From Camelus ferus (Eukaryota), in NCBI RefSeq assembly GCF_009834535.1, contig NC_045697.1, forward strand, positions 98,892,001-98,956,000: 64,000 nucleotides of DNA, read 5' to 3'. Shown one piece after another: positions 53,014-64,000 of the stretch. Under the pieces are notes generated by a model. It was not told the DNA's origin and did not search any database. It saw nothing but the letters and a program-made list of their open reading frames with translations. Within the stretch, counting starts at the first letter, position 1, and every line of letters begins with the position of its first letter. The position numbers and the translations under genes were made by a program.

Positions 53014-53539
53014 ATACATTTGATTTTTAAATTGAGACTCAAATCCTTAACGCTCCTTCCTTTTATGTGTTTCCTCATTATAACTAGCTACGTTCCTTTC
53101 ATATCAGTATGGGACAGTGGCAGCACCAACAGAATCATTAAAGCCTAGTGTTGGGTTTAATGCATCCTGTCACTAGGGATCAGCAGTTCCTGTCTGGACA
53201 TTGGGATAGCTTACTTGTCATTTGTAGTGGTGTGAAGTTTTGCCGTATTAAATACAAGATGTTAATATTAACTAAAAGAAAATAATCAGCAGCCGCTTCA
53301 CCCCAATCCCCCCATTGGTAAATCAAACCCTTGATGAGTAATTGCTGGAAAGAAGACATTCTGTTAGGAACAAAGAATTATGATCCAGTGCAGGGGTCAA
53401 CAAACCATGCTTGAGGGCCAAACAAAACAGTGTGCTGCCGGTTTTGTTTTTGTTTTTTTTTAATTGAAATAGAGTTGATGTACAATATTATGTTAGTTTT
53501 AGGCATACTACATAGTGATTTTGATATTTAAAAAAAAAA

Positions 53540-53621
53540 TTTTTTTAATGGAGGTGCTGAGGATTGAACCCAGGACCGCGTGCATGCCAAGCATGCACTG
53601 TACCACTGAGCTATACCCTTC
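53540..53621 (-). mobile_element. tRNA-derived SINE, vic-1-like short form
   Basis: Reverse complement gggtatagctcagtggtacagtgcatgcttggcatgcacgcggtcctgggttcaatcc. Confidence 0.85.
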
Positions 53622-56600
53622 AAGTACCCTATAGTCCAGCCATTTATTTGCTGATCCGTATGTTTTCCTCTTGCATTTCCCACTCTGCCTGGAATATTCT
53701 CCCTTCCCGTGTTTCACCACGTGTAATTCTTCCTCATTCAACTCTGTGTTTCTATTAGGAATTCCCCTACCACTTATTCTCCATTCTATCCTTCTGTGAA
53801 CTCTCTTTAGCACCTTGCCTGACCCTTTAAATTATCTCTTTTCTCATTGTATTGTATATGTGTCTACCTCCCTTGTTAGGTCTTATTCAATCTTATTCAG
53901 GACAGGGTCCAGGTGTGGTGAGTCCATAGATATCTTCTAGTGTGTAGTTCAGTTTCTAAACTATGCAATACTTGGGATAAGTGTTGAATGTATGGAGGCA
54001 GGAGATCAATTGGTAGGCTGCTCTGGAAATCCAGAATTGAGGTGATAAGGGAAGCTAATGGAAAGAAAGAGGTAATAAAAGAGGTATTCTGATGATAAAG
54101 CCAAAAGGCTTCAGTAGCTGGCTTTTGGTAATGAGAAGAAAGAGGACTCTGGCTGACTGGAGGTAGGTAGTACCTTCAGTAGAGAGGAGTACAGTATGGA
54201 ACATTGAATTTTCAGAGGCTCCATAAAAAGTTTTATTTTAGTTTTTGTTGTTGTTGTTGTTGATATGGTGGTATATTCAAATGGAAATGTATGATTGGCA
54301 GTTAGAAGTGTGGAATTGGAGGAGATAACCATGAAGAGGCAGATGAAGTTTGGGCACACAGATAGATGAGAACAGAATGCCTGATGCAGTTAACATGCAT
54401 AGACAGTGGAGTAGAGGTTTGTTTCATAGTGTGATGAAGATGGTATGTGATGAATGCTGAAGCCAGGTGTAAGTCAGATTATTTACCTTTATCCATTGTT
54501 CTTTCTTGATCTTTATTAAAAGTAACCTGATGCTTGTAAGTCAAAGAATATTTTATAAGACATCGTCTTATACCTTACCTTACTAGAATTAAATTGCTAA
54601 TTCATCTTAAAATGTAATGATGGTCACTAGGGAGATGCCAAATTGGTCCTCTTGATTTGATTTGCATTGAAATTCAGTGAATGAGAGTATTAGCAGTTGG
54701 GGTACCCTACAAAGAAGCTTAGTTTGTGACTACTTAGCTCAGAAAACTTGGGTCTAGTCTGACAGAAATTTTGTATTGTGGTGGTTTGGTCCTGGCCTGT
54801 GTGATACAGGCCATGTATATTTCCAAAGACCCAAGCCTTTCCACTATCTGAAGGATCCCTGGAACCAGTTCAGAGCTCTCATTGTTTTTCCAGCCTGATT
54901 TCAGAAGCCTGTGATTCTTGTACCTCTTCTTACGAAGGTGGAAACATGGTGTGTGTCCTCAGGTGGTGAGACATGATAGAATTATTTACTTCCCAGGAAC
55001 CTTTGATCAGTTAAGATCTTTTGCTTTGGAGTCTGTGTTAGGACTCTGTACTCAAATTAGCATACACAAAATGAAAATCTTGTTTCACATAACTGAAAAC
55101 ACAGAAGTAAAAAAGTTCTCTTTCTGCGAGTTCTGACACCAGTCCTAAAATGGAGACTCGGTGAGTCTGATGATTGAGACACATGACCATTCCTGAGCTG
55201 TGGTGGTGATGCGGGAGCTGGTGGGACTGGTCATGTGTCTAGCTGGGGAGCCAGGGGTTCACATGAATTGAAGGCAGGGGAGGGATGGTTCCCCAAGGAA
55301 AATGAGGTGCTGTTAACAAAAGTGGGAGTGGAGGCTAGGCTGAGAAGACCAGCATGCATCCACTACAGAATCAGCCCAAGTTTAAATCCTTAAGACTTCA
55401 CGGTATAACTGAGTCAGTATGCTGCACACCTGAATGAACACAATATGGTAAATCAGCTATACTTCAGTTTCTTAAAAAAAGACTTTGTAGTAGCTTTGTG
55501 ACCTCAGGTGAATTTTTTAACCTTAAATTTGACCTTACTGCAAAATTGGGTAATTATTACATAGGGTTGTATATATTAAATAACATAATGCATATAAAGG
55601 ACTTAGCATAGTGACTGGAATGTGCTTGGGCTGTGCTAAGCCCCAAATAAATATCAGTAGTTTAAGAGTAATCACTAATACCTTCAGGAGAGATAGCAAT
55701 AATGAAAAGTAAATAAACAGAGAAAGCATTGGGAAAGAGAATAGCTAAGACTGCTGTTTCCAAATTGTATATATTCTAAAGTAACAGCTAATTTAAAAAA
55801 AAAAAACTAAAAAGATCAGCCTACAGTGTCCCATAAATTAGCTCTGATTTTAATATTGAAACAGTCTCTTGAAAGGGTGAATGACTGGATCAAGGTCACA
55901 CAAGTTGGGGGCAGTGTGGAATTTATAACCCAGGGCTTCCAGCTCTTGCTTCCTTTCTCTCCCTGCTTGCTCTCTTCCTGTCCCTTTCATTATGCTATAA
56001 TTAAATTCTTCATTTAAAGTATTCCTTTCAAATAGTCACACAAAATTTGTTGCTTCTCCTTGCTAGGGAAGCTAAAATTTATTTTAAAAATTTGCCATTT
56101 GGATCTATACATCAGATATACATATTTATTTCTACTGTGTACCAAAAGCAAAAAGAGTTCTCCTGAAACGTTACTAATACTGGTTATGATGTTGATTTAT
56201 ATCAGCGTTTATGTAATTATCAGATGATCTTTTATATAGGCTGCTTAGAAGCAAAAATAATAAAAATGTGTTCTTTGAAAAGACAGGGGAAGAGGAAATT
56301 TGATAGCTGATCAAACAAGGAAAGATCATTTGGGCTAATACCTTTATTCTTTTTAGTCAAGTAAAAGAAGTGTTAAATTAATTTAGTGAGATCATTTCTC
56401 ACTTTGGTAATAAAACAACCAAAAGTGCTTTCATGAAAAATAAGAATCTAGATTTAGCAAATAGGTTGCCTTTTTCTTGGAACCTGATTTTAGAATTTAG
56501 AGTTTCATGAAATATTATTAGTGTATTTTATGTTGTCTATGTAATGTTTAAAATGGGAGTAGTATCTGTAGACACACCTATGAGTCATTTTCTTTCCTAA

Positions 56601-57034
56601 TATATTAAGTATTAAATTGGGGAAAACAGCTCTGAAAATACTCCCTAACTTAACATTTCCCAGACAACAGTATGTCACTTCCTTAGGTTCCAAAGTGTCA
56701 TTCTCTCTTTTTTTTAAACATTGTGAACCACTTCACTCAGAGTTAAACCTCAAGATTTTTCTAGGTTATCATGAGGTTTGTTCCCCACTGGGTATCTATT
56801 TGTGTCTCTCATTTAGTCAAAGTTTTCTCCAGCCTTTTATCGCTGACAGTTTTTATCAGTTGTCCTGACCTTTCTTTGCCAGGTCTCTCCCTGCTCCTTC
56901 CCTGTCCCCTTGCCCTCATCTCAGTGTCCTGCGCAGACCTGAAAGGCAGCAGGCAGCATAGCAGTGTCTGCATCCTATGCCTGCACTTGTTCTAGCAGTT
57001 CTGTGAGCAAAACTTTGAAGCTTCCTTTTAAATA

Positions 57035-57766
57035 CAGTCAGCCCTCCGTATCCGTGGGGAAATACTTGAATAAAATAATGCCATTTGCAGCAACATGGAT
57101 AGACCTGGAGATCGTCTTTCTAAGTGAAATAAGTCAGAAATAGAAAGAAAAATACCGTATGATAACATTCGTATGTGGAATCTAAAAAAAAGAAAAAGGA
57201 AAAAGAAGACACTAATGAACTCATCTACAAAGCAGAAACAGACTCACAGACATAGTAAATCTTATGGTTATGGGGGAAGGGAGTGGGAAGGGATAAATTT
57301 GAGAGTTTGAGATTTGCAAATGATAACCACTATATATAAAAATATATAAATATACAAATTTCTTCTGTATAGCACAGGGAAACTATATTCAGTATATTGT
57401 AATAACCTTTAATGAAAAACAACATGAAAATGAATATATGTATATATATGCATAACTAGGACCTTATGCTGTATACCAGAAATTGACATACTGTAATTGA
57501 CTATACTTCAATTAAAAAAAAAAATTCCAGAAAGTTCCTAAAAAGCAAACTTGATTTGCCCCTTGCTGGCAACTATTTACATAGTATTTATATTGCATTA
57601 GGTATTATAAATAATATAGAGATGATTTAAAGTTTATGGATGTGTGAAGATTATATGTAAATACTATGCCATTTTATATAAAGGACTTGAGCATCCGTGG
57701 ATTTGGGTATTCGAGGAGAGCAGGGTCCTGGAACCAATCCCCCTGGGGAGTATTGAGAGACAATTG
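57035..57766 (-). mobile_element. MER2-like Tigger element containing an L1 3' end (about 57068-57524, +)
   Basis: ta|cagtcagccctccgtatcc ... gagagacaattg|ta; L1 atgccatttgcagcaacatgg through to poly(A). Confidence 0.88.
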
Positions 57767-58667
57767 TATTTCTTTGTAAGTGCCTTATTAACATAGTAAT
57801 TACTTTTATGGCTCTCCAATAAAGTGTAAAGAGTTATTTCATACTACTCGTTTCCTAGAAGTCTTGATATGATTAGAATGTTCTGAGCAGGACTGATGGA
57901 AGGTGAGGTTGTGTTGAGTCAATCCTAGCTTGAAACAAAAGAATAATTTTCTTAGGAATAAACATCGTCATCACCACTTACACATTGAGGACTTCCACAG
58001 TTACTTTGAGGTAGGTCTAAATTCGGGGTGACTTTTTTTCTAGCTTTAGTTTGTTAAATAAAACAAATGTATGTTTGTTATGGGAAACAGAAAAGTAGAA
58101 ATAAAGGGGGAAGCTGCCATAAAGACAACCATTGTTAATATTTTGATGTATTTCTTTTTATATGCTTTTTTATAATTTTTTTCTTATAAATATACTTTGC
58201 TTAAAACATTATAAATCATTCTTCATCAGTGAAAATATTTTTGAATACCTGAGCTACAGGAATGTTATTAAAAGAGGAAAAAAAAGATCAGCTCCAGTTT
58301 CTTTGAACAGCTTTTATTAGGTCAATTTACTTTTCTCATGTGATAAAGAGACCAGAGGCAGCAGTCTGTATGGTGGGATGCTGTCAGCAGGATTCCAGGT
58401 TTATGCTACACTTCTGCTTTGTGGGGCTTTCTTTTTCATGCTTATAGAATGATTGCTGAACCTCCAAGCACTGTATTCTATTCCAGGCAGAAAGGTATGG
58501 TGAGGGAAGTGTAAAAGGCTCGTGCAAATGCTCTTTTTTAAAAATCATAAATCAGTTCATTTTTCTAGAAACCCAGAAACTCCCACTGAGGAAACTGTTT
58601 ACAGATTATTAGACAGAACTGTCACTTGGACCCTAGTTCCATGAGAGCGTGAGACATCAAGTTTGTA

Positions 58668-58976
58668 CAGGCATACCTTGTTTGACTGTGCTTCGCAGAT
58701 ACTGCAGTTTTTGCAGATTGAAGGTTTGGCAACCGTGTGTTGTCAATAATGGTCAGCATTTTTTTTTTAGCAATAAAGTATTTTAAAATTAAGGTATGTA
58801 CTTTGTTTTTTTTAAGACATAATACTGTCGTGCACTTAATAAACTACAGTATAATGCAAACATAACTTTTATATGCACTGGGAAACCAAAAAAATTCGTG
58901 TGACTCACTTTATTGCTGCATTTGTTTTATTGCGGAGATCTGGAACTGAACCCACAATATCTCCGAGATATGCCTG
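58668..58976 (+). mobile_element. Non-autonomous Tigger1-derived element
   Basis: ta|caggcatacc ... gagatatgcctg|ta TIRs with TA duplication. Confidence 0.92.
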
Positions 58977-60118
58977 TATAGTATTTTATAATTCTACCTG
59001 GAACAAAATTAGATTTATGTTAATTAGGAAGAATGGGAGAGTTTTTCAGAAAATGGAGAAATTTGGGCTAAAAAGAGCTACCATGAAAAAGATGAAAAAA
59101 TCACAACTGATGAAAATCAAGGTAGCATGAAAGATAGTGGTGACCAATATTTCCATCTCTAATCACATTTTTTAAACTGTGTTTATTCATTCATTACATC
59201 TTAATTGAGCACTTACCATATACTGCCATGTGTTCAGCACTTCCTGTCTTACATCCTCCTTACTTTCAGGGCCGCCTGCAGTATCCCGTCTCCCTCTACT
59301 TCAGTATTGCTCTGTGTGAAATCCCCGGCTTAGGCTTCCATCTGAGTATCTACAAATAGTACAAGTCTTTCAGTTAAAAGTTACCTGAGCAAATCTGCCT
59401 CTAGTCTTTTCCCTTGTGACCAGTATCCTCATCATTCAACTGTTTTTTAGGAACTAAACAAAGGCAGGATAAATTCAGTGTTTTAAGAGAATCATAACAT
59501 ATGGCTTATATTTAGCTTTAGATATCATTTTCCCCAGTCCCTCTATATTTACACTAGGAGGTATTGGGATATTTTTATTGGTAGAGATGGTAAGGATAGA
59601 TAAGTGATTTTCTAGCCATTTAAAATTTTCAAAGGGGCCTGAATTTCATAGGCTGTGTATATATGTTGATTTGGGGGCTAGATCTCATGACTTTTCACAT
59701 CTGTCCTAAGTACTATTTTAGATTAGATGTGTAAAAGGCAGGGAATGGCATATCGTAACCAAATTTACAGAAATTAGACACTTAACATGTTTGTTAAAAT
59801 CTGGTATGTATTTCTCTTAGTGCTTTAAAAATCAATTTTTGAGGTATAATTTTTTCCAAACAAAGTTGATTTACTGAAATTAAAGTGCTAACTTGAAGTA
59901 TTTTGTTATGACACTTGAATTAACTATGAGGTAACTAGACTAGTATCATGAAATCTGGATCCTGTAAATAACACTGAAAAGGCATGTTGAAAGGGAGTGA
60001 CGTTGTAGTTGTATAAGTGAAAAAGTACAAAAGACCATGCAAAGGTGGTTAAATTTTCCCCAGTGCATAATTGGAATGAAAATTTTAGTTTTCCTCTTTT
60101 TTTTCACCCTACTTTCAG

Positions 60119-60559
60119 ATCCAGCTATGGGACACGGCGGGACAAGAACGATTCAGAAAGAGCATGGTACAGCACTACTACAGAAATGTACATGCTGTTG
60201 TCTTCGTGTATGATATGACCAACATGGCGAGTTTTCATAGCCTGCCGTCTTGGATAGAAGAATGCAAACAGCATTTGCTAGCCAACGATATACCAAGGAT
60301 TCTTGTTGGAAATAAATGTGACTTGAGAAGTGCCATTCAGGTACCCACAGACTTGGCACAGAAATTCGCTGACACGCACAGTATGCCTTTGTTTGAAACC
60401 TCTGCTAAAAACCCCAATGATAATGACCATGTGGAAGCTATATTTATGACCTTGGCTCATAAGCTTAAGAGCCATAAACCATTAATGCTTAGTCAACCCC
60501 CTGATAACGGAATTACCCTGAAGCCTGAACCAAAGCCTTCAATGACGTGCTGGTGCTAA
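60119..60559 (+). CDS. RAB33B: RAB33B coding exon 2
   Basis: actttcag|[26 protein letters not shown]...GNKCD...ETSAK...CWC stop; 229 aa in total with exon 1; CxC prenylation motif. Confidence 0.98.
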   Translation: MQLWDTAGQERFRKSMVQHYYRNVHAVVFVYDMTNMASFHSLPSWIEECKQHLLANDIPRILVGNKCDLRSAIQVPTDLAQKFADTHSMPLFETSAKNPNDNDHVEAIFMTLAHKLKSHKPLMLSQPPDNGITLKPEPKPSMTCWC

Positions 60560-62948
60560 ATAACAGTCTTTATTATACTATCTAATTTTGACGACAAATA
60601 CTTTTGAAGTATGACAGTGAAAAGTCATAGAATTTAATCTGAAATATAATGGATGGTCCTGACACTTTACTTTTTATCATTGTCATGCTTATTTTTGTGT
60701 TTTGTACCTACTTAATCAAGTTTGTCAGGGTGACAACACAAGGAAAAAGTTTTCAAGTGAGGTTGAAATGAGGTTAGGATGAATCAGAGCATCTTTCCAT
60801 TGAGAGCCCAATGAAGGAAGCTTCACATGAGAACATGATGGAATTTTAAGAGTCACTAATTGTTTAATCCTGTGTTCCTGGGATTGAAAAAATATATTAA
60901 GGGTTTAGTATATTTGTTGGTATGTCCTTTGAATGAGAAGTGTTCTCAATAGGATAAAAACTGATATTTGCCTCTCCCTCAAGTTGTTTCTTTGTATTAT
61001 TGGTTTATGTAATTGCATTATAATTGGTATATTTTAGAGCCAAGACTTTAGTTCTAGTGGGAAGAGAAGGTGTAAAATGTTTTCTGGTTCTCAGTCCATA
61101 AAGAATGACTTTTCCAACAGTTCTAGATGATATATATTTCTAATCAATATCAATCAGGTCTACAAAAATTATTGTTATTTTTAAAAGAGTAATTTGGAAT
61201 TGTTTTCTTACTAAATTCTTTAAAATATGCAGAAGTAAATCAGATTTTAATGCAAAAGACATGACATAATAAGGTGCTTTATACTTTGTTTTGGTATTTT
61301 TAAGCGGTGAAAAACTAACTGAAAGATTTGAGGAGTTGTAATTTGGGAGAGAATAGGTGAACATGGTTCCAGCTACCACAACAGACCTATTCCTGGCTTT
61401 TAGTAATTTCAAGCTGTGTATCTGACATAGTATCTCTTGCTCTCCCCCACTCTCCAGTCAATGTAATGCCTAAAGGCTGAATTAGCAAATCATCTTCCAC
61501 TTGGACTGAGGGCATACCTCTAATTGCTAAGTGTCTACATGTATTTCTCTAATAGTACTGTGTTACAGTACGTGGGTTGTTTAAATCTTTAAATTTTACG
61601 GTCGTAACAAGATACTCCTCCTCAGTATGAAAAATAAATTAAATATTGAAAAATATCTAGTCTATCCCTCAGTGGTAGAAAGGCTATTTCATAAAGTTTT
61701 TTACCCTAAATACTTCCTAAAAATTTTTTTAAAAATACTTTTATTTTGAATTTAAGACTTTGCACATGGAAAATAGTAAGCTTGCATATAAAGCTATTAA
61801 CATGAATGGAATTGTAAGCCATGACCTTTAACTGAAGTGTGCATATTCACTAATTCTGAAAGATTGCTGAATTTAATCATTTTAGAGGAAATTAAGCCAA
61901 AAGGTGATTATATTTAAAATATTTTCAGAATGTGGGAAACTAATTAAATATGTGATCTAATCTAATCTAGTGTAGAATTTTCTGTTTAATCATCATGGTG
62001 GTCCTGACTGGATAATTTATAGAACAAGATAATTCTATTAAATGAACTAACTGAAAGTAATAATTATAGGAAATAATCGTTCTGTTTTAAACATCAGAGC
62101 TTAAAGGAAAACAAATTGGCTTTGATTTTAAGGAGATTAATCCAGTTTTCTTACCATGCTGGAATTAAAAATGGTTTGATTTTATCTAAATTAATGTTGA
62201 TTTATAACTATTTTTATAGTAAAACAATGACAGCTGTTACAATTGTGGTGGGTGTAACAGTTTTTTAAAGAAGGGAATCTGCTTATTGCTTATCAAAACA
62301 TTTTTCTAAAGTGGAAGAAGAAAGTTTACAGACTTTCCAAGCACATTTATGTTTTCTCAGTGCTGTTATTAATCGTTTTTTAAAAAAGGTAATTTAACTT
62401 TCTTTTTGTAAGAAGTTAGTAGTAAGTATCCTTTACAGTTCTGTGAAAGGCCTGATTTTTTCACTTTAATATTTATTAATTTTAAAATATTTGTATCCCA
62501 TTTATAGTGATTTATGGTTTTAGTTTTTTCTACATGCTTTTGTTTTTAAAAAGAACGTACTTAACAGCTGAATGGGGATAAAGCTTTTAGATATTTTCCA
62601 AAATATTTATAAAATGCTTCACTGACTATTGAGAAATCACTTCTAAATGGTGGCTATCAAACAACTAATTATTTTAAAGCACAAATCACACATTTTGTAA
62701 CTTCTGTGTGAATTTATTTTAACTGTGACCTTTAGTTGAAAACATCAGATATGTTTTAGAAAAGTCATAATTTGAGAACACCAAAGGAAGCTCATCCAGT
62801 TAGCTATGAATAGCAGTGCTTTATTGGCAGTATATTGCTAATACATTTCCTCATGAAGTCTAAACTAGAGTTAAATAATTTTGTTGTGGAATAGTGTCAC
62901 TGTAACTTTGCCCTCATGAAGTTCAATAAACCAGCTTTGGCATAAGGA
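60560..62948 (+). other. RAB33B: RAB33B 3' UTR (end approximate)
   Basis: AT-rich; AATAAA at 61633 and 62925, the latter followed by a GT/T-rich downstream element. Confidence 0.7.
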
Positions 62949-63477
62949 AATTGTGGTTTATTTTCTTTGTTTGGTTACTAGGTTGAATCCAAAATAAAAC
63001 AAAACATACCTCTTCTTTCCCCAGACTTCCAGGTAATTTGTAATACATTAGACTCAAACAGAAACGAACTCATCTGGAAATTTCTTTGGGAAATACCTTC
63101 AGGGTTAAAGAAACTTTCAAGAAAAAGCCCGAAGTATTATGGCTGATATGGTAACTTTTTTATTTGAGAGGCTGAGTAATCCAACTTGTTTAAGAACAAA
63201 CACTTCAGTGCAAATGGCCAGTACTACAAAAGTGGTTGACATCTCTAGATTTACAGGTAAATGAATTTAGCAGAATGAATAACTATAAAATATATGAGAA
63301 AGAAGAAAAAGAAATACGTGGTGGGTTTAAGATGATCATTTCTACATGCAGATTACTGATTTAGGCCCTTTAGGAAAATGTGGATTGGGACCTGGGGCCT
63401 CTGAAATTCATACTGTATTTCATATGTAAGTCACTCTATTGTTCAAACGCAAAATTACATTGTTCATGAAAGACTGC

Positions 63478-64000
63478 TTTTTTTTTTTTTTTTGGCTTTT
63501 ATTTATTTATTTATTTAAATCTTTTTATATATAGTAGCTTACATTTCGAAATCTCAAACTCCCAAATTTATCCCTTCCCACCCCCTTTCCCCGGTAACCA
63601 TGATTGTTTACTATGTCTGCGAGTCTGTTTCTGTTTTGTAGATGAGTTCATAGTGTCCTTTTTTTTCTTTCTCTTTTTTTAGATTCCACATATGAGTGAT
63701 ATCATAGGTATTTTTCTTTCTCTTTCTGGCTTACTTCACTTACAATGACGATCTGTAGGTCCATCCATGTTGCTGCAAATGGCATTATTTTATTCTTTTT
63801 TATTGCTGAGTAGTATTCCATTGTATAAATATACTACAGCATCTTTATCCAGTCATCATTCGATGGACATTTAGATTGTTTCCATGTCTTGGCTATTGTA
63901 AATGGTGCTGCTAGGAACATTGGGGTGCATGTGTCTTTTTGAAGAGTTAAGGTTCCATCTGGGGATGCCCAGGAGTGGGATTGCTGGATCACATGGTAAG
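63478..64000 (-). mobile_element. Young LINE-1 3' end, runs off the window
   Basis: Poly(T)/(TTTA)n tail; ccatccatgttgctgcaaatggcatt; near-identical in parts to the L1 at 40052. Confidence 0.93.

Overview
Mammalian (most likely camelid, judged from vic-1-type tRNA-derived SINEs) genomic window. It holds the last five coding exons and long 3' UTR of NAA15 (+, about 1.1-14.2 kb), about 35 kb of repeat-rich intergenic DNA (L2, MIR, old and young L1, MaLR/ERV solo LTRs, Tigger1/MER2/MER5/MER20 DNA transposons, several nested), a CpG-island promoter, and the complete two-coding-exon RAB33B gene (+, 229 aa) with its 3' UTR. Most of the window is ordinary and I cannot show a new biological system. 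The most interesting signal is a set of + strand splice-site-bounded segments outside the canonical exons (16575-16720, 35627-35798, and an orphan acceptor at 49714, 19 nt before the RAB33B ATG). Together they suggest an alternative NAA15 3' end and a distal or read-through RAB33B 5' leader carrying a uORF. These are sequence-only inferences that need RNA evidence. Repeat family names are by eye and their boundaries are approximate unless TSDs are given.
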